NCBI GenBank assembly: GCA_016234595.1
Contig: JACRBG010000016.1
Location: 36,608 to 100,607 of the forward strand
Direction: 5' to 3'
Length of the DNA stretch: 64,000 bases
Origin: Chloroflexota bacterium
Lineage (GTDB): Bacteria > Chloroflexota > Anaerolineae > Aggregatilineales > J027
Shown piece after piece: positions 30,293 through 39,157 of the stretch; the first letter of the stretch is position 1, and each line of letters starts with the position of its first letter. The notes beneath the pieces are model-generated. The model was given only the letters and a program-made list of their open reading frames with translations, ran no database searches and was not told where the DNA came from. Made by a program: the position numbers and the translations under genes.

Positions 30293-30413
30293 TAAATAAT
30301 ACGTTCGCCAATCAAACAATCATCACAATAGACGACTGCGGGTCGCCCTATCCGGCGGCGTTGGGATGTTTTCCCTCCGAAAAGTACCAGCAGTTTTAGG
30401 AGGAGTAACCCTC

Positions 30414-31328
30414 ATGAAACTGTGGAACAATTACCATACCCCCCATTCAATTGATGAAGCCCTCACCCTGCTCAACCAATATCAGGGTAAAGCGCGGGTG
30501 GTCGCAGGCGGCACGGACTTAATGGTCGAGTTGCGTGAAGGCCATCGCCCTGTGCAAGATGCCCTCATTGATATCACCATGATCCCTGAATTGACAACCC
30601 TTGCCCCCACTGATGATGAAATCTACATTGGAGCCGGTGTCACCCATACTCAACTTGTTAAATCGCCTCTCTTGGCAGCCCTCGCTACCTGTCTAGTCGA
30701 AAGCTGCGGCGTGGTGGGTGGGCCACAGGTGCGGAATGTTGGCACACTTGGTGGCAATGTCGCTCATGCCCTCCCAGCAGGGGATGGCACTACTTCCCTT
30801 GTCGCTCTTGATGCGCAAGCTGACATCGTGATGGATGGTCAGCGCCGCGTTGTCCCTATCCTAGAAATGTATCGTGGGCCGGGTCAATCGCTGATTGATT
30901 CAACCCATGACCTGATTATCGGCTTTCGTTTTGCTCTATGTGCTGAACGCGAGGCCACCGCTTTTAAACGGATTATGCGCCCCCAAGGGGTTGCCCTGCC
31001 TATTTTGGGTTGTGCCACTTGGGTACGTTTGAATCCTGCCAAAACCCATTTTGAGGCCACTCGCCTCTCCATCGCACCGATTGGGCCTACCCCAGCTCGT
31101 GCCACCGAAGTCGAAGCCGTCCTTACTGGTCAACCTGCCAATGATGCCACCATCGAGAGCGCGATTGACACCGCCGTAAAAATCCTAAAACCACGCACTA
31201 GTAAATATCGTGCAACGGGTGAATATCGCCGGGAAATGATTGCGGTTCTGCTGCGTCGCACGCTGCAACTGGCCGTCCAGCGAGCGCAAACAGGTCAGGC
31301 CGTACCAGAAGGTATTGGAATAGAGTGA
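30414..31328 (+). CDS. Xanthine dehydrogenase-family FAD-binding subunit
   Basis: VAGGTDL, IGAGVT, GGPQVRNVGTLGGN, P..D, EYRREM. Start ATG 30414, after AGGAGG. Confidence 0.9.
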   Translation: MKLWNNYHTPHSIDEALTLLNQYQGKARVVAGGTDLMVELREGHRPVQDALIDITMIPELTTLAPTDDEIYIGAGVTHTQLVKSPLLAALATCLVESCGVVGGPQVRNVGTLGGNVAHALPAGDGTTSLVALDAQADIVMDGQRRVVPILEMYRGPGQSLIDSTHDLIIGFRFALCAEREATAFKRIMRPQGVALPILGCATWVRLNPAKTHFEATRLSIAPIGPTPARATEVEAVLTGQPANDATIESAIDTAVKILKPRTSKYRATGEYRREMIAVLLRRTLQLAVQRAQTGQAVPEGIGIE

Positions 31329-31344
31329 TAGGGGGATACATAAA

Positions 31345-34149
31345 ATGAGCGAGTTAAAAATCACCGTCAACGGACAAGCACATCTTTTAAACGTTCCAGA
31401 GTCGCGCACGCTGGCCCAAGTACTGCGTTATGACTTGGGATTGACAGGCACAAAAATTGGCTGTGAAGAAGCCGAATGTGGTATCTGCACTGTCTTGATT
31501 AATGGCCTTCCGGTCAATTCGTGTATCTTCCCGGCGTTTAAAGCACAGGGTCATGACATTCAAACTGTCGAAGGCCTTGCCCATGAGGATGAGCTGCATC
31601 CCGTGCAACATAATTTCATAGATCACGGGGCTGTCCAATGCGGTTTTTGCACCCCCGGCCTGATGATGACTGCCACCGCTCTATTAAATGAAAACCCCGA
31701 TCCCGATGACCACGCCATCAAAGTGGCTCTCAAGGATACCTATTGTCGCTGTACAGGCTATAGCAGTGTGATTGCTGCCATTAAATCCGCCGCCAGTGAA
31801 ATGCGTGGTGAAGGGCCATTATCTGTCAATGAACCTGAAGTCAGCGAGCCAATGCACGCCATTAGTCGTTCCATGCCCCCTCAATATATTCGTGAAAAGG
31901 TGACAGGCGCGGCTAAATATACCGATGACTATACCTTTGACAACATGTTATTTGCCCGCACCTTGCGTTCTGTCTATCCGCACGCACGTCTTTTGAGGAT
32001 CAGCACTGAGCGGGCCAAAGCCTTGCCGGGGGTCGTCGCCGTTTTGACCCATGCCGATGTGCCCGGTGAAAACCTGCATGGCTTGGTCTATCGCGATTGG
32101 CCTGTCTTATGCCATGATGTCGTGCGCTATACCGGAGATGCCATCGCTATTGTTGCCGCTGAAACCGAAGACATCGCCGCCGAAGCCCTCAATCTTATTG
32201 AGGTCGAATATGAACCCCTGCCTGTCGTGCCTAATCCCAAATTTGCCCACTCACCGGAAGCCCCTGTGCTGCACCCCAATCACCCAACAGGTAACTTGCT
32301 GAAACATATCAAAGTCCGACACGGCGATATTGAGCAGGGTTTCGCACAGGCCGATTATATTGTCGAGCGTGAATATCACACGCCCACCACCGAACATGCC
32401 TTCCTTGAACCCGAATGCGCGATTGGCATTCCGGCGGGTGTGGCGGGTCATCAAAAATTGACCATCTTGGTCGGTTCTCAAATCCCCTATCAAGACCGCA
32501 ACCAAATCGCATTAGCGATGGGCCTGCCCGAAGAAAAAGTTCGGGTCATTGGCACGCTCATTGGTGGTGGTTTTGGCGGCAAGGAAGACATCGCAGGTCA
32601 GATTCATGTCGCCATGTTGGCCCAAGCTACCGGTCGTCCGGTCAAAATGCTCTATACTCGCCAAGAGTCACTCATCGTCCACCCCAAACGTCACGCCACC
32701 ATCATTCGTATGAAAACAGGCGCGACTAAAGACGGCAAACTGGTCGCTGTCGAAGCTGAACTGTACGGTGATGGGGGGGCGTATGCTTCTCTATCAGATA
32801 AGGTCATGACCCGTGCCACCACCCATGCCACTGGCCCGTATGTCGTACCCAACGCCAAAATTGATTGTTATGCCATGTATACCAACAATCCCCCCTCTGG
32901 GGCATTTCGCGGGTTTGGGGTAACACAATCAGCCTTCGCAGTCGAATCGAGCATGGATATATTGGCGGAAATGATCGGCATTGACCCCATCGAATTTCGC
33001 CGCATCAATGCCCAACGGGTCGGCACGACTACAGCTACCGGACAACTTTTGCGTGAATCCGTTGGCTTGCTCGAAACGCTTGACCGCGTGCAAAACGACA
33101 TGGTATCCCCCCGTTCAGATTTTCAATGGGCATGGCGTGACGGTCATAAGGCCTATGCGTGGGGTCTAGCCTGTGCCTATAAAAATACTGGATTAGGCGG
33201 GGGTGCGCCTGACAAAGCCGAAGCCGAGGTTGAGGCCTTTGAAGATGGCACAGTCGAAGTTCGGGTCGCCGCCGCTGATATGGGACAAGGCTTGGCCCAT
33301 GTGGTGGCCCAATGCACCGCCGAGGAACTCAAATTGCCCTACGATCGAGTGCGGGTCTTGCTCTGTGACACCGACTTAACGCCGAATGGTGGCCCAACCA
33401 CAGCATCACGTCAAACTTTTGTCAGTGGCAATGCCGCGAGGGTAACATCCTCCCTCTTGCGTGAAGCCTTGACCCGTTCCGCCGCCGAATTTTTGGATGT
33501 ACCCCCTGAATCGTTGTATTACGAAGAGGGCCTGCTCCGTCACAACGGTAAAAGTGTCGAATTAGGCTCACTGGTTGGTTGGATGAAGGCCAACGGGCTA
33601 TCCTCCAAAGTCCGCCACGAATATCACGCCCCTGCTACGCAACCATTGGGCACAGGCGGCGATATGCACTTCGCCTTCAGTTACGCTACCCAAGCCGCCT
33701 TAGTTGAAGTGGATATGGAAACTGGGGCAGTCAAAGTCCTCAAGATTGTCGCAGGTACAGACATCGGACGGGCAATTAACCCTTTGATGCTGCAAGGCCA
33801 AGTCGAAGGTGGCATTATAATGGCGCTGGGCAACTGCCTAACCGAATCCTACATTGTCGAAAACGGTGTACCGTGGACAAATCTGCTCTCGCGTTACAAG
33901 ATGCCAAGCATCAAACATACCCCCGAAATCATATCCCACCTGATTGAAGACCGTGCTTCCACGGGGCCGTATGGCGCTAAGGGGGTCGGCGAGATTTGTT
34001 CCATTAATACCTCACCCGCCATTTGTAATGCGATTTACCATGCAACGGGCGTGCGTATTTTCAGTCTGCCAGTTGATCAAGATGCCCTTCTGCGGGCTAT
34101 CCGCGCTGGTCAAACCGAAGTCTATACTGCATGGCATGACGTTCGATAA
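31345..34149 (+). CDS. Xanthine dehydrogenase-family molybdoenzyme, fused 2x[2Fe-2S] + molybdopterin-binding subunit
   Basis: GCEEAECGIC, QCGFCTPG, CRCTGY; HAFLEPE, GGGFGGK, AFRGFG, GPTTASR, GQVEGG, KGVGE. Confidence 0.92.
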   Translation: MSELKITVNGQAHLLNVPESRTLAQVLRYDLGLTGTKIGCEEAECGICTVLINGLPVNSCIFPAFKAQGHDIQTVEGLAHEDELHPVQHNFIDHGAVQCGFCTPGLMMTATALLNENPDPDDHAIKVALKDTYCRCTGYSSVIAAIKSAASEMRGEGPLSVNEPEVSEPMHAISRSMPPQYIREKVTGAAKYTDDYTFDNMLFARTLRSVYPHARLLRISTERAKALPGVVAVLTHADVPGENLHGLVYRDWPVLCHDVVRYTGDAIAIVAAETEDIAAEALNLIEVEYEPLPVVPNPKFAHSPEAPVLHPNHPTGNLLKHIKVRHGDIEQGFAQADYIVEREYHTPTTEHAFLEPECAIGIPAGVAGHQKLTILVGSQIPYQDRNQIALAMGLPEEKVRVIGTLIGGGFGGKEDIAGQIHVAMLAQATGRPVKMLYTRQESLIVHPKRHATIIRMKTGATKDGKLVAVEAELYGDGGAYASLSDKVMTRATTHATGPYVVPNAKIDCYAMYTNNPPSGAFRGFGVTQSAFAVESSMDILAEMIGIDPIEFRRINAQRVGTTTATGQLLRESVGLLETLDRVQNDMVSPRSDFQWAWRDGHKAYAWGLACAYKNTGLGGGAPDKAEAEVEAFEDGTVEVRVAAADMGQGLAHVVAQCTAEELKLPYDRVRVLLCDTDLTPNGGPTTASRQTFVSGNAARVTSSLLREALTRSAAEFLDVPPESLYYEEGLLRHNGKSVELGSLVGWMKANGLSSKVRHEYHAPATQPLGTGGDMHFAFSYATQAALVEVDMETGAVKVLKIVAGTDIGRAINPLMLQGQVEGGIIMALGNCLTESYIVENGVPWTNLLSRYKMPSIKHTPEIISHLIEDRASTGPYGAKGVGEICSINTSPAICNAIYHATGVRIFSLPVDQDALLRAIRAGQTEVYTAWHDVR

Positions 34150-34156
34150 AAAATAT

Positions 34157-34191
34157 AAAAGGGAAGGCCGCCACAACTAACCTTCCCCTTT
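34157..34191. terminator. Bidirectional terminator between convergent operons
   Basis: AAAAGGGAAGG...CCTTCCCCTTT inverted repeat. Confidence 0.6.
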
Positions 34192-34201
34192 AAATACTTA
34201 C

Positions 34202-35245
34202 CTAATCGTCATAGCCCAATTCACGTCGCACCATTTTGGCTCCCGCAACCATCGCCTTGAGTTTTTCACGCCCAACCCAGCGTGCCGTCATACTAAATCC
34301 GCAATCTGAGCTAATCCATACTCGCTTAGGGTCGTTATATTTCAAGATGTCATGAATACGTTCTGCCACAATCGCGGGAGTTTCAACCGCCCTCGCCTTT
34401 ACATCAATTACTCCTGCCGCCAGATATTGATCCTCACGGGCATATTTCATAAACAAATCCGATTGCCACATACCACGATTGGCAAATTCGAGATGAATAA
34501 TATCGGCCTTTAATCGGGGGAAAATCGGCCCCACATGCTCATAAGTGCGATGGGCCACCGCTGGGCGCCCCATAAAATTCCCAAAGCAGATGTGCAAACC
34601 AATCGTCGCCTCAACTCCCTCGACCATTGCGTTAAACATCTCGACAAATTCATCTACCGAGACAAAATCATCAATCGCCGAGGGTTCATCCACCTGAATA
34701 TGGGTTGCGCCCGCCGCTACCACGTCTTTCAATTCCTGATTCAGCAGCGGAACTAGCGCCCATGCCACCTCACGTTTATCTTTATAGACATCAGCGGGGT
34801 CAACCCGAAACGCAAAGGTAACAGGCCCACCCAATGGAGTCACTAATGGTTTTTGGGTGCGTGTGCGAGCATATTCTAACTCCTCGACCAACCCCAACCC
34901 TTTCGGTGTAGCGAATTGATCTGTCGCCCGAAAAGCATTAATCATATCCGGGCCGGGATACCCTAACTGCCGCTCCCACGGGATTTTCTGCACGCCATGA
35001 ATGTAATCATAAAAGCCAACCAGAAAATTAAAGCGCCGCATCTCGCCGTCCGAAATTACATCTACCCCGGCCTCTTCCATTTCCATAATGGCAAGGTTGG
35101 TCGCATCATCAAAGGCCTCGCGGATATCTACCGACCCCATCTCGCCGCGTTTCATAGCATCCCGCACCACAAACAACCAACCGGGTGTGCCATAGCTCCC
35201 AATTACCTGTGTCGGCAAAATAGGCATATTTTGATAGTGATACAT
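34202..35245 (-). CDS. Single-barrel (core) cobalamin-independent methionine synthase-like Zn thiol methyl/alkyl-transferase
   Basis: 347 aa; GSY, DVISDGEMRR, GPVT, IQVDEP; Zn ligands HIC (GLHICFGN), E (HLEFANR) and C (SDCGF). Confidence 0.85.
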   Translation of the reverse strand: MYHYQNMPILPTQVIGSYGTPGWLFVVRDAMKRGEMGSVDIREAFDDATNLAIMEMEEAGVDVISDGEMRRFNFLVGFYDYIHGVQKIPWERQLGYPGPDMINAFRATDQFATPKGLGLVEELEYARTRTQKPLVTPLGGPVTFAFRVDPADVYKDKREVAWALVPLLNQELKDVVAAGATHIQVDEPSAIDDFVSVDEFVEMFNAMVEGVEATIGLHICFGNFMGRPAVAHRTYEHVGPIFPRLKADIIHLEFANRGMWQSDLFMKYAREDQYLAAGVIDVKARAVETPAIVAERIHDILKYNDPKRVWISSDCGFSMTARWVGREKLKAMVAGAKMVRRELGYDD

Positions 35246-35263
35246 AAAATTCCTTCCTAAATT

Positions 35264-36247
35264 TTATTCAATAGGTTTAGTCAAGCCCGTTCGTGGATAG
35301 TGGTAACCCCGAATCAGGCGGTCTTCTTTATAGATGTACCACGGGCACGGTGCGTTATGGTCAAGGGTATGATCCAGTGGCCGCAGCAGATAGCCTCGTT
35401 TGCGCCCCGGCAGCCATTCCATTGCGATTGCACAATGGGCGCAGTACCAATGCACACCTTCTTTTTGCCAAGTCCACAAATGGCTTTCTTGATTAGTGCC
35501 ATGCAGCGTAATTTCATAGCTGTGCCGCCCGGTTTCAGGATCGCCACGCCGCACCACCCCGCCGCTGCCACAAGGGTCAAACGCGACCATGAAGCGATCT
35601 CCCTGATCTTCCACAATCACATCGCCCCGCCGCTGCCCCCCACTAAAATGGCCTCCACGCATTCCCTCCACTGTCAGGGCAACTTTTTCCCACGGCGTCA
35701 TGTTGTCCCATGCCGCATACCGATCTCCCCAAATACTCTGATGGGTATGCAAAACCGTGTCCAGTACCGCTTCTTCTTGCCATGTCTCGGCGATATACGA
35801 CAGTTGATCTTGCACCCATGCCACCAACACATCATGCACATTCAAAAAAGCTAATCGCATCCGTTCCAACCATTTCAACACCTCGGCATCATTGTTTACA
35901 GCCAATGCTTTGAGGCTGTTCTCGCACTCAGTCACACCAAAGGGGTATGTCCAGTAAGTCCGCATCATACCCTTCGAGGCCGATTCAGCTTGCGCCTCCA
36001 TCGCTCCCGATTTGAGAACAATGTACCGCTGAATATCTTGCAGCCATGTCGTCATGATGTGGTGCATAATCCGCATTTCTTCATGGAAATAACGCACCAA
36101 ATCCGCTGCCAAATCCCACCGCCCCTCGGCAATCGCTTCTTCGGCCAGCGTCTGCGACGACACTCCCATCGTTTCGATATCATCTAGGCGCAGCACCCGC
36201 CCTAGCGTTTTGGAATGTTCTAGTTTGATATGGTCAAGTCGGTTCAT
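35264..36247 (-). CDS. Conserved hypothetical protein with Cys/His motifs
   Basis: 327 aa ORF co-oriented with and 18 nt upstream of the MetE-like gene; motifs MRGGH, DPCGSGG, WYCAHC, CPWYIYK. Confidence 0.7.
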   Translation of the reverse strand: MNRLDHIKLEHSKTLGRVLRLDDIETMGVSSQTLAEEAIAEGRWDLAADLVRYFHEEMRIMHHIMTTWLQDIQRYIVLKSGAMEAQAESASKGMMRTYWTYPFGVTECENSLKALAVNNDAEVLKWLERMRLAFLNVHDVLVAWVQDQLSYIAETWQEEAVLDTVLHTHQSIWGDRYAAWDNMTPWEKVALTVEGMRGGHFSGGQRRGDVIVEDQGDRFMVAFDPCGSGGVVRRGDPETGRHSYEITLHGTNQESHLWTWQKEGVHWYCAHCAIAMEWLPGRKRGYLLRPLDHTLDHNAPCPWYIYKEDRLIRGYHYPRTGLTKPIE

Positions 36248-36311
36248 AATAATTTTGTCTCTCGCAAAACATGATTTTTAGGTAGTTTTTTATCCCGTAG
36301 GCAACCTAGGT

Positions 36312-36342
36312 AAAAGAGAGCGAGGGGAGGGAACTCGCTCTC
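36312..36342 (-). terminator. Intrinsic terminator-like hairpin after the SDR gene
   Basis: GAGAGCGAG-9nt-CTCGCTCTC stem with TTTT on the minus strand. Confidence 0.55.
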
Positions 36343-36353
36343 CTGAGAAACAA

Positions 36354-37184
36354 CTAATTCATTTCCATCCCGCCATCCACATTCAACGCTTGTCCGGTGA
36401 TGTAATCCGCATCTTCCGAGCAAAGAAATGCCACGGCGGCGGCGATATCTTCTGGTTTGGCGGCACGTTTTAACGGCACTTTATCCACCGTGTTTTGAAT
36501 CCACTCGCCTTTTTGCATCCCAAATCGAGCCGCTTGGGTCTTGTCAATATCTTCCCACATCGGCGTGGGAACAACACCGGGGCAGATGGCATTCACATTG
36601 ATGTTATATTGCGCCAGATAGAGCGCGGCACTTTGGGTCATGCTAATGACGGCCCACTTTGCAGCAGAATAATGCGCGGCATAGGGGCGACCTTTGCGAC
36701 CCGCCACCGACGAAAAATTGACAATCTTGCCATAGCTATGTTCCGCTTTTCCGGCAGATTTGACCTCTTCGGGAATTTGGGCCACCATCTGCATAGCCAC
36801 GGCTTGCAAGCAGAAAAACAGGCCACGTTGATTGACCCGTTGCAGCCAATCCCATTTTTCGGGGGTCAGGTCAAACAACGGCAGGGTTTCTAAGACCCCG
36901 GCATTATTGACCAGAATATCAATCTGCCCAAATTCCTGAACGACATCTTTGACCATTTGATTAATCTTATCGGTATCACCAATATCCACTGGATAGGCCA
37001 ATGCGCGTGGGCCAGTCGCGCTGATTTCATCGGCGACCGCATGGGCATTCTCGGCCTTATATTCAGCGATAACAACATGTGCCCCCTCTTGAGCAAGACG
37101 TATGGCGATGCCTTTGCCAATCCCTTGCCCTGCGCCTGTGACAATAGCAACTTTTCCTTTTAGACGATTTGCGACAGGTGCCAT
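36354..37184 (-). CDS. SDR family oxidoreductase (polyol/sugar dehydrogenase-like)
   Basis: TGAGQGIG, NNAG, YSAAK, CPGVVPTPMW, YITGQALNVDGG. Start moved to ATG 37184. Confidence 0.9.
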   Translation of the reverse strand: MAPVANRLKGKVAIVTGAGQGIGKGIAIRLAQEGAHVVIAEYKAENAHAVADEISATGPRALAYPVDIGDTDKINQMVKDVVQEFGQIDILVNNAGVLETLPLFDLTPEKWDWLQRVNQRGLFFCLQAVAMQMVAQIPEEVKSAGKAEHSYGKIVNFSSVAGRKGRPYAAHYSAAKWAVISMTQSAALYLAQYNINVNAICPGVVPTPMWEDIDKTQAARFGMQKGEWIQNTVDKVPLKRAAKPEDIAAAVAFLCSEDADYITGQALNVDGGMEMN

Positions 37185-37188
37185 GGGG

Positions 37189-38262
37189 TTATCCTTGAAT
37201 CTCAGAGGGGCGGACCGAACGATTTTCTTGGGCAGAGAGATACGCCGCATTGACCACCCGCAGTGTATTCAGATTATCTTCGGTGCTAGTCGCTGGGACA
37301 CTATCGGTTTCAATGGCCCGCATCAAACCAGCCATTGGCCCAACAAACGCATCGGGAATCCACATCTCATCCAACGCCAACGTCACCACCCCACGCCCTT
37401 TTTGCCGATATTCCAGCGTGTCGGGGCGTCCGGCTGGATAGTTATACATCAGGCCAATCGTGCCCTCAATTGCACCTTCTGTCCCGATAAATTTAAAAAG
37501 CGCTAAGGTCTCGCCATGAATGTTGTAGTGATTGACCGCCACCAACACTTGCAGACCATTGGCATAATCCATGACCGTGACTGTTTTAGTTTCGGCCTTC
37601 ACGTTGCCCTGATTGGCATATTTAGCATGGCGGCTCGTCACCCATTCCGGCTCACCAAACAGAAAACGCAGCGAATCAATATAGTGGATGCTATGGAACA
37701 TTACTTCTAAGCGGGGCGAGGACGCCAACCACGGCCACATATGCCAAGGTGTCTCGCAACTCACTTGGATTTGAGCATCAGTGGGTTGACCAATCCAACC
37801 CTTTGTAATCATTTCTTTGGCAGCGGCAATGCCTGCATCCCACCGCATTTGATGATTAATGGCTTGTTTGACCCCGGCTTTTTTGGCGAGTTCCACCGTC
37901 TTGACTGCGTTGGAGAACTCATCCGAGAGGGGTTTTTGGCACAGCATATGCTTTTTCGCGGCGGCAACCTTCTCTACAATGCCAAGTTGATGCCAAGGTT
38001 GCACCGCAATATCCACGATTTCCACTTTAGGATCAGCCAATAATTCATCAAGTGAGGTGTAGACTGTAGGGATGTCCCATTGTTTCGCCAAGGCCTGTGC
38101 TGCTTCGGGGTTAATGTCATAACAAGCCACGACATTAAATCCAGCTTTTTTATAGGCGGGCATGTGGGCATATTGGACGATACCTCCACAACCTACAATC
38201 CCGATACCAAAATCTTTTTTCTCAGGCAGCTTAGGCCGCCAATCAATATTTAAGACTCCCAT
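37189..38262 (-). CDS. Gfo/Idh/MocA-family NAD(P) oxidoreductase
   Basis: GIVGCGGI, HMLCQKPL, HSIHYID. Start moved to ATG 38262. Confidence 0.9.
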   Translation of the reverse strand: MGVLNIDWRPKLPEKKDFGIGIVGCGGIVQYAHMPAYKKAGFNVVACYDINPEAAQALAKQWDIPTVYTSLDELLADPKVEIVDIAVQPWHQLGIVEKVAAAKKHMLCQKPLSDEFSNAVKTVELAKKAGVKQAINHQMRWDAGIAAAKEMITKGWIGQPTDAQIQVSCETPWHMWPWLASSPRLEVMFHSIHYIDSLRFLFGEPEWVTSRHAKYANQGNVKAETKTVTVMDYANGLQVLVAVNHYNIHGETLALFKFIGTEGAIEGTIGLMYNYPAGRPDTLEYRQKGRGVVTLALDEMWIPDAFVGPMAGLMRAIETDSVPATSTEDNLNTLRVVNAAYLSAQENRSVRPSEIQG

Positions 38263-38281
38263 TTTTTCATTCCATCGCTTA

Positions 38282-39121
38282 CTACAGGTTGTAAAATTTA
38301 GTTGCCGTACCACCTAGCACCGCATCAATTTCAGACTGCGAGCGCCCCGCAAGGCACTTGTTGGTTTCGGCCCACACTTTGGCATAATCGCCCGCCAAAA
38401 TTGCCACCGGCCAATCGCTGCCAAACATCAACCGATCCGCTCCAAAAATTTCAAAGGCATAGTCCACATATTTTTGCAGGTCTTTGGCTGACCAATTCAC
38501 GGGGTCAGCCGTGGCCGTATTGAGCCCCGAAACCTTAGCATAAACTTGCGGATAGCCAGCCGCCGCCTTCATTTGGGAGGCCCAAGGCTCCCATTCCCCA
38601 CTAGCAATAGGAGGTTTGGCAAGATGATCAATTACAATTTTTAAGTTTGGCACTTTTTCGGCCAATATGGGAACATGCTTGAGATGGTTGGGGAAAACCG
38701 CCACCACATCAAACGTCATATTGAACGAGGCCAATACTTTTAGTCCCTCAATAACCACATCCTGTACCACCCAATCGGGGTCAGCCTCGGTATGGATGAG
38801 ATGCCGTATCCCTTTAAAAATTCGATTTTGGGTGTATTTCTCCAACGACTTGGCAGTTTCATCTGGTCGGAGCAGTGGAACCCAACCAACCACTCCACCA
38901 ATCCACTTGAAAGTAGCCGCTGTCGCCAACATATAGTCAGTGTCTTCGTAGGAATCCATTGACTGCACCAAAACAGTTTTATCAATGCCAGCCGCCTTGA
39001 CCTGTGGCTCTAATTCGGGGGCTTCAAACGTGCGGTAAATAGGGCCATATTCGGGCACTAGCCACGGATAGGCCACTTTTTCGAGATTCCAAAAATGTTG
39101 ATGGGTATCAACCTTGGTCAT
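38282..39121 (-). CDS. Amidohydrolase_2 family, sugar-lactone lactonase-like (L-fucono-1,5-lactonase type)
   Basis: DTHQHFW, GIRH, IDHLAKP, KVSG, RLMFGSDWPV. Confidence 0.85.
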   Translation of the reverse strand: MTKVDTHQHFWNLEKVAYPWLVPEYGPIYRTFEAPELEPQVKAAGIDKTVLVQSMDSYEDTDYMLATAATFKWIGGVVGWVPLLRPDETAKSLEKYTQNRIFKGIRHLIHTEADPDWVVQDVVIEGLKVLASFNMTFDVVAVFPNHLKHVPILAEKVPNLKIVIDHLAKPPIASGEWEPWASQMKAAAGYPQVYAKVSGLNTATADPVNWSAKDLQKYVDYAFEIFGADRLMFGSDWPVAILAGDYAKVWAETNKCLAGRSQSEIDAVLGGTATKFYNL

Positions 39122-39157
39122 GGGATTATCCTCCTAAACTAAAAAATGCTCTATACG

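Noticed and set aside
30300-30413. Possible Moco RNA motif before the XDH genes
   Set aside because: A short GC-rich patch only; no convincing multi-stem structure recognised.
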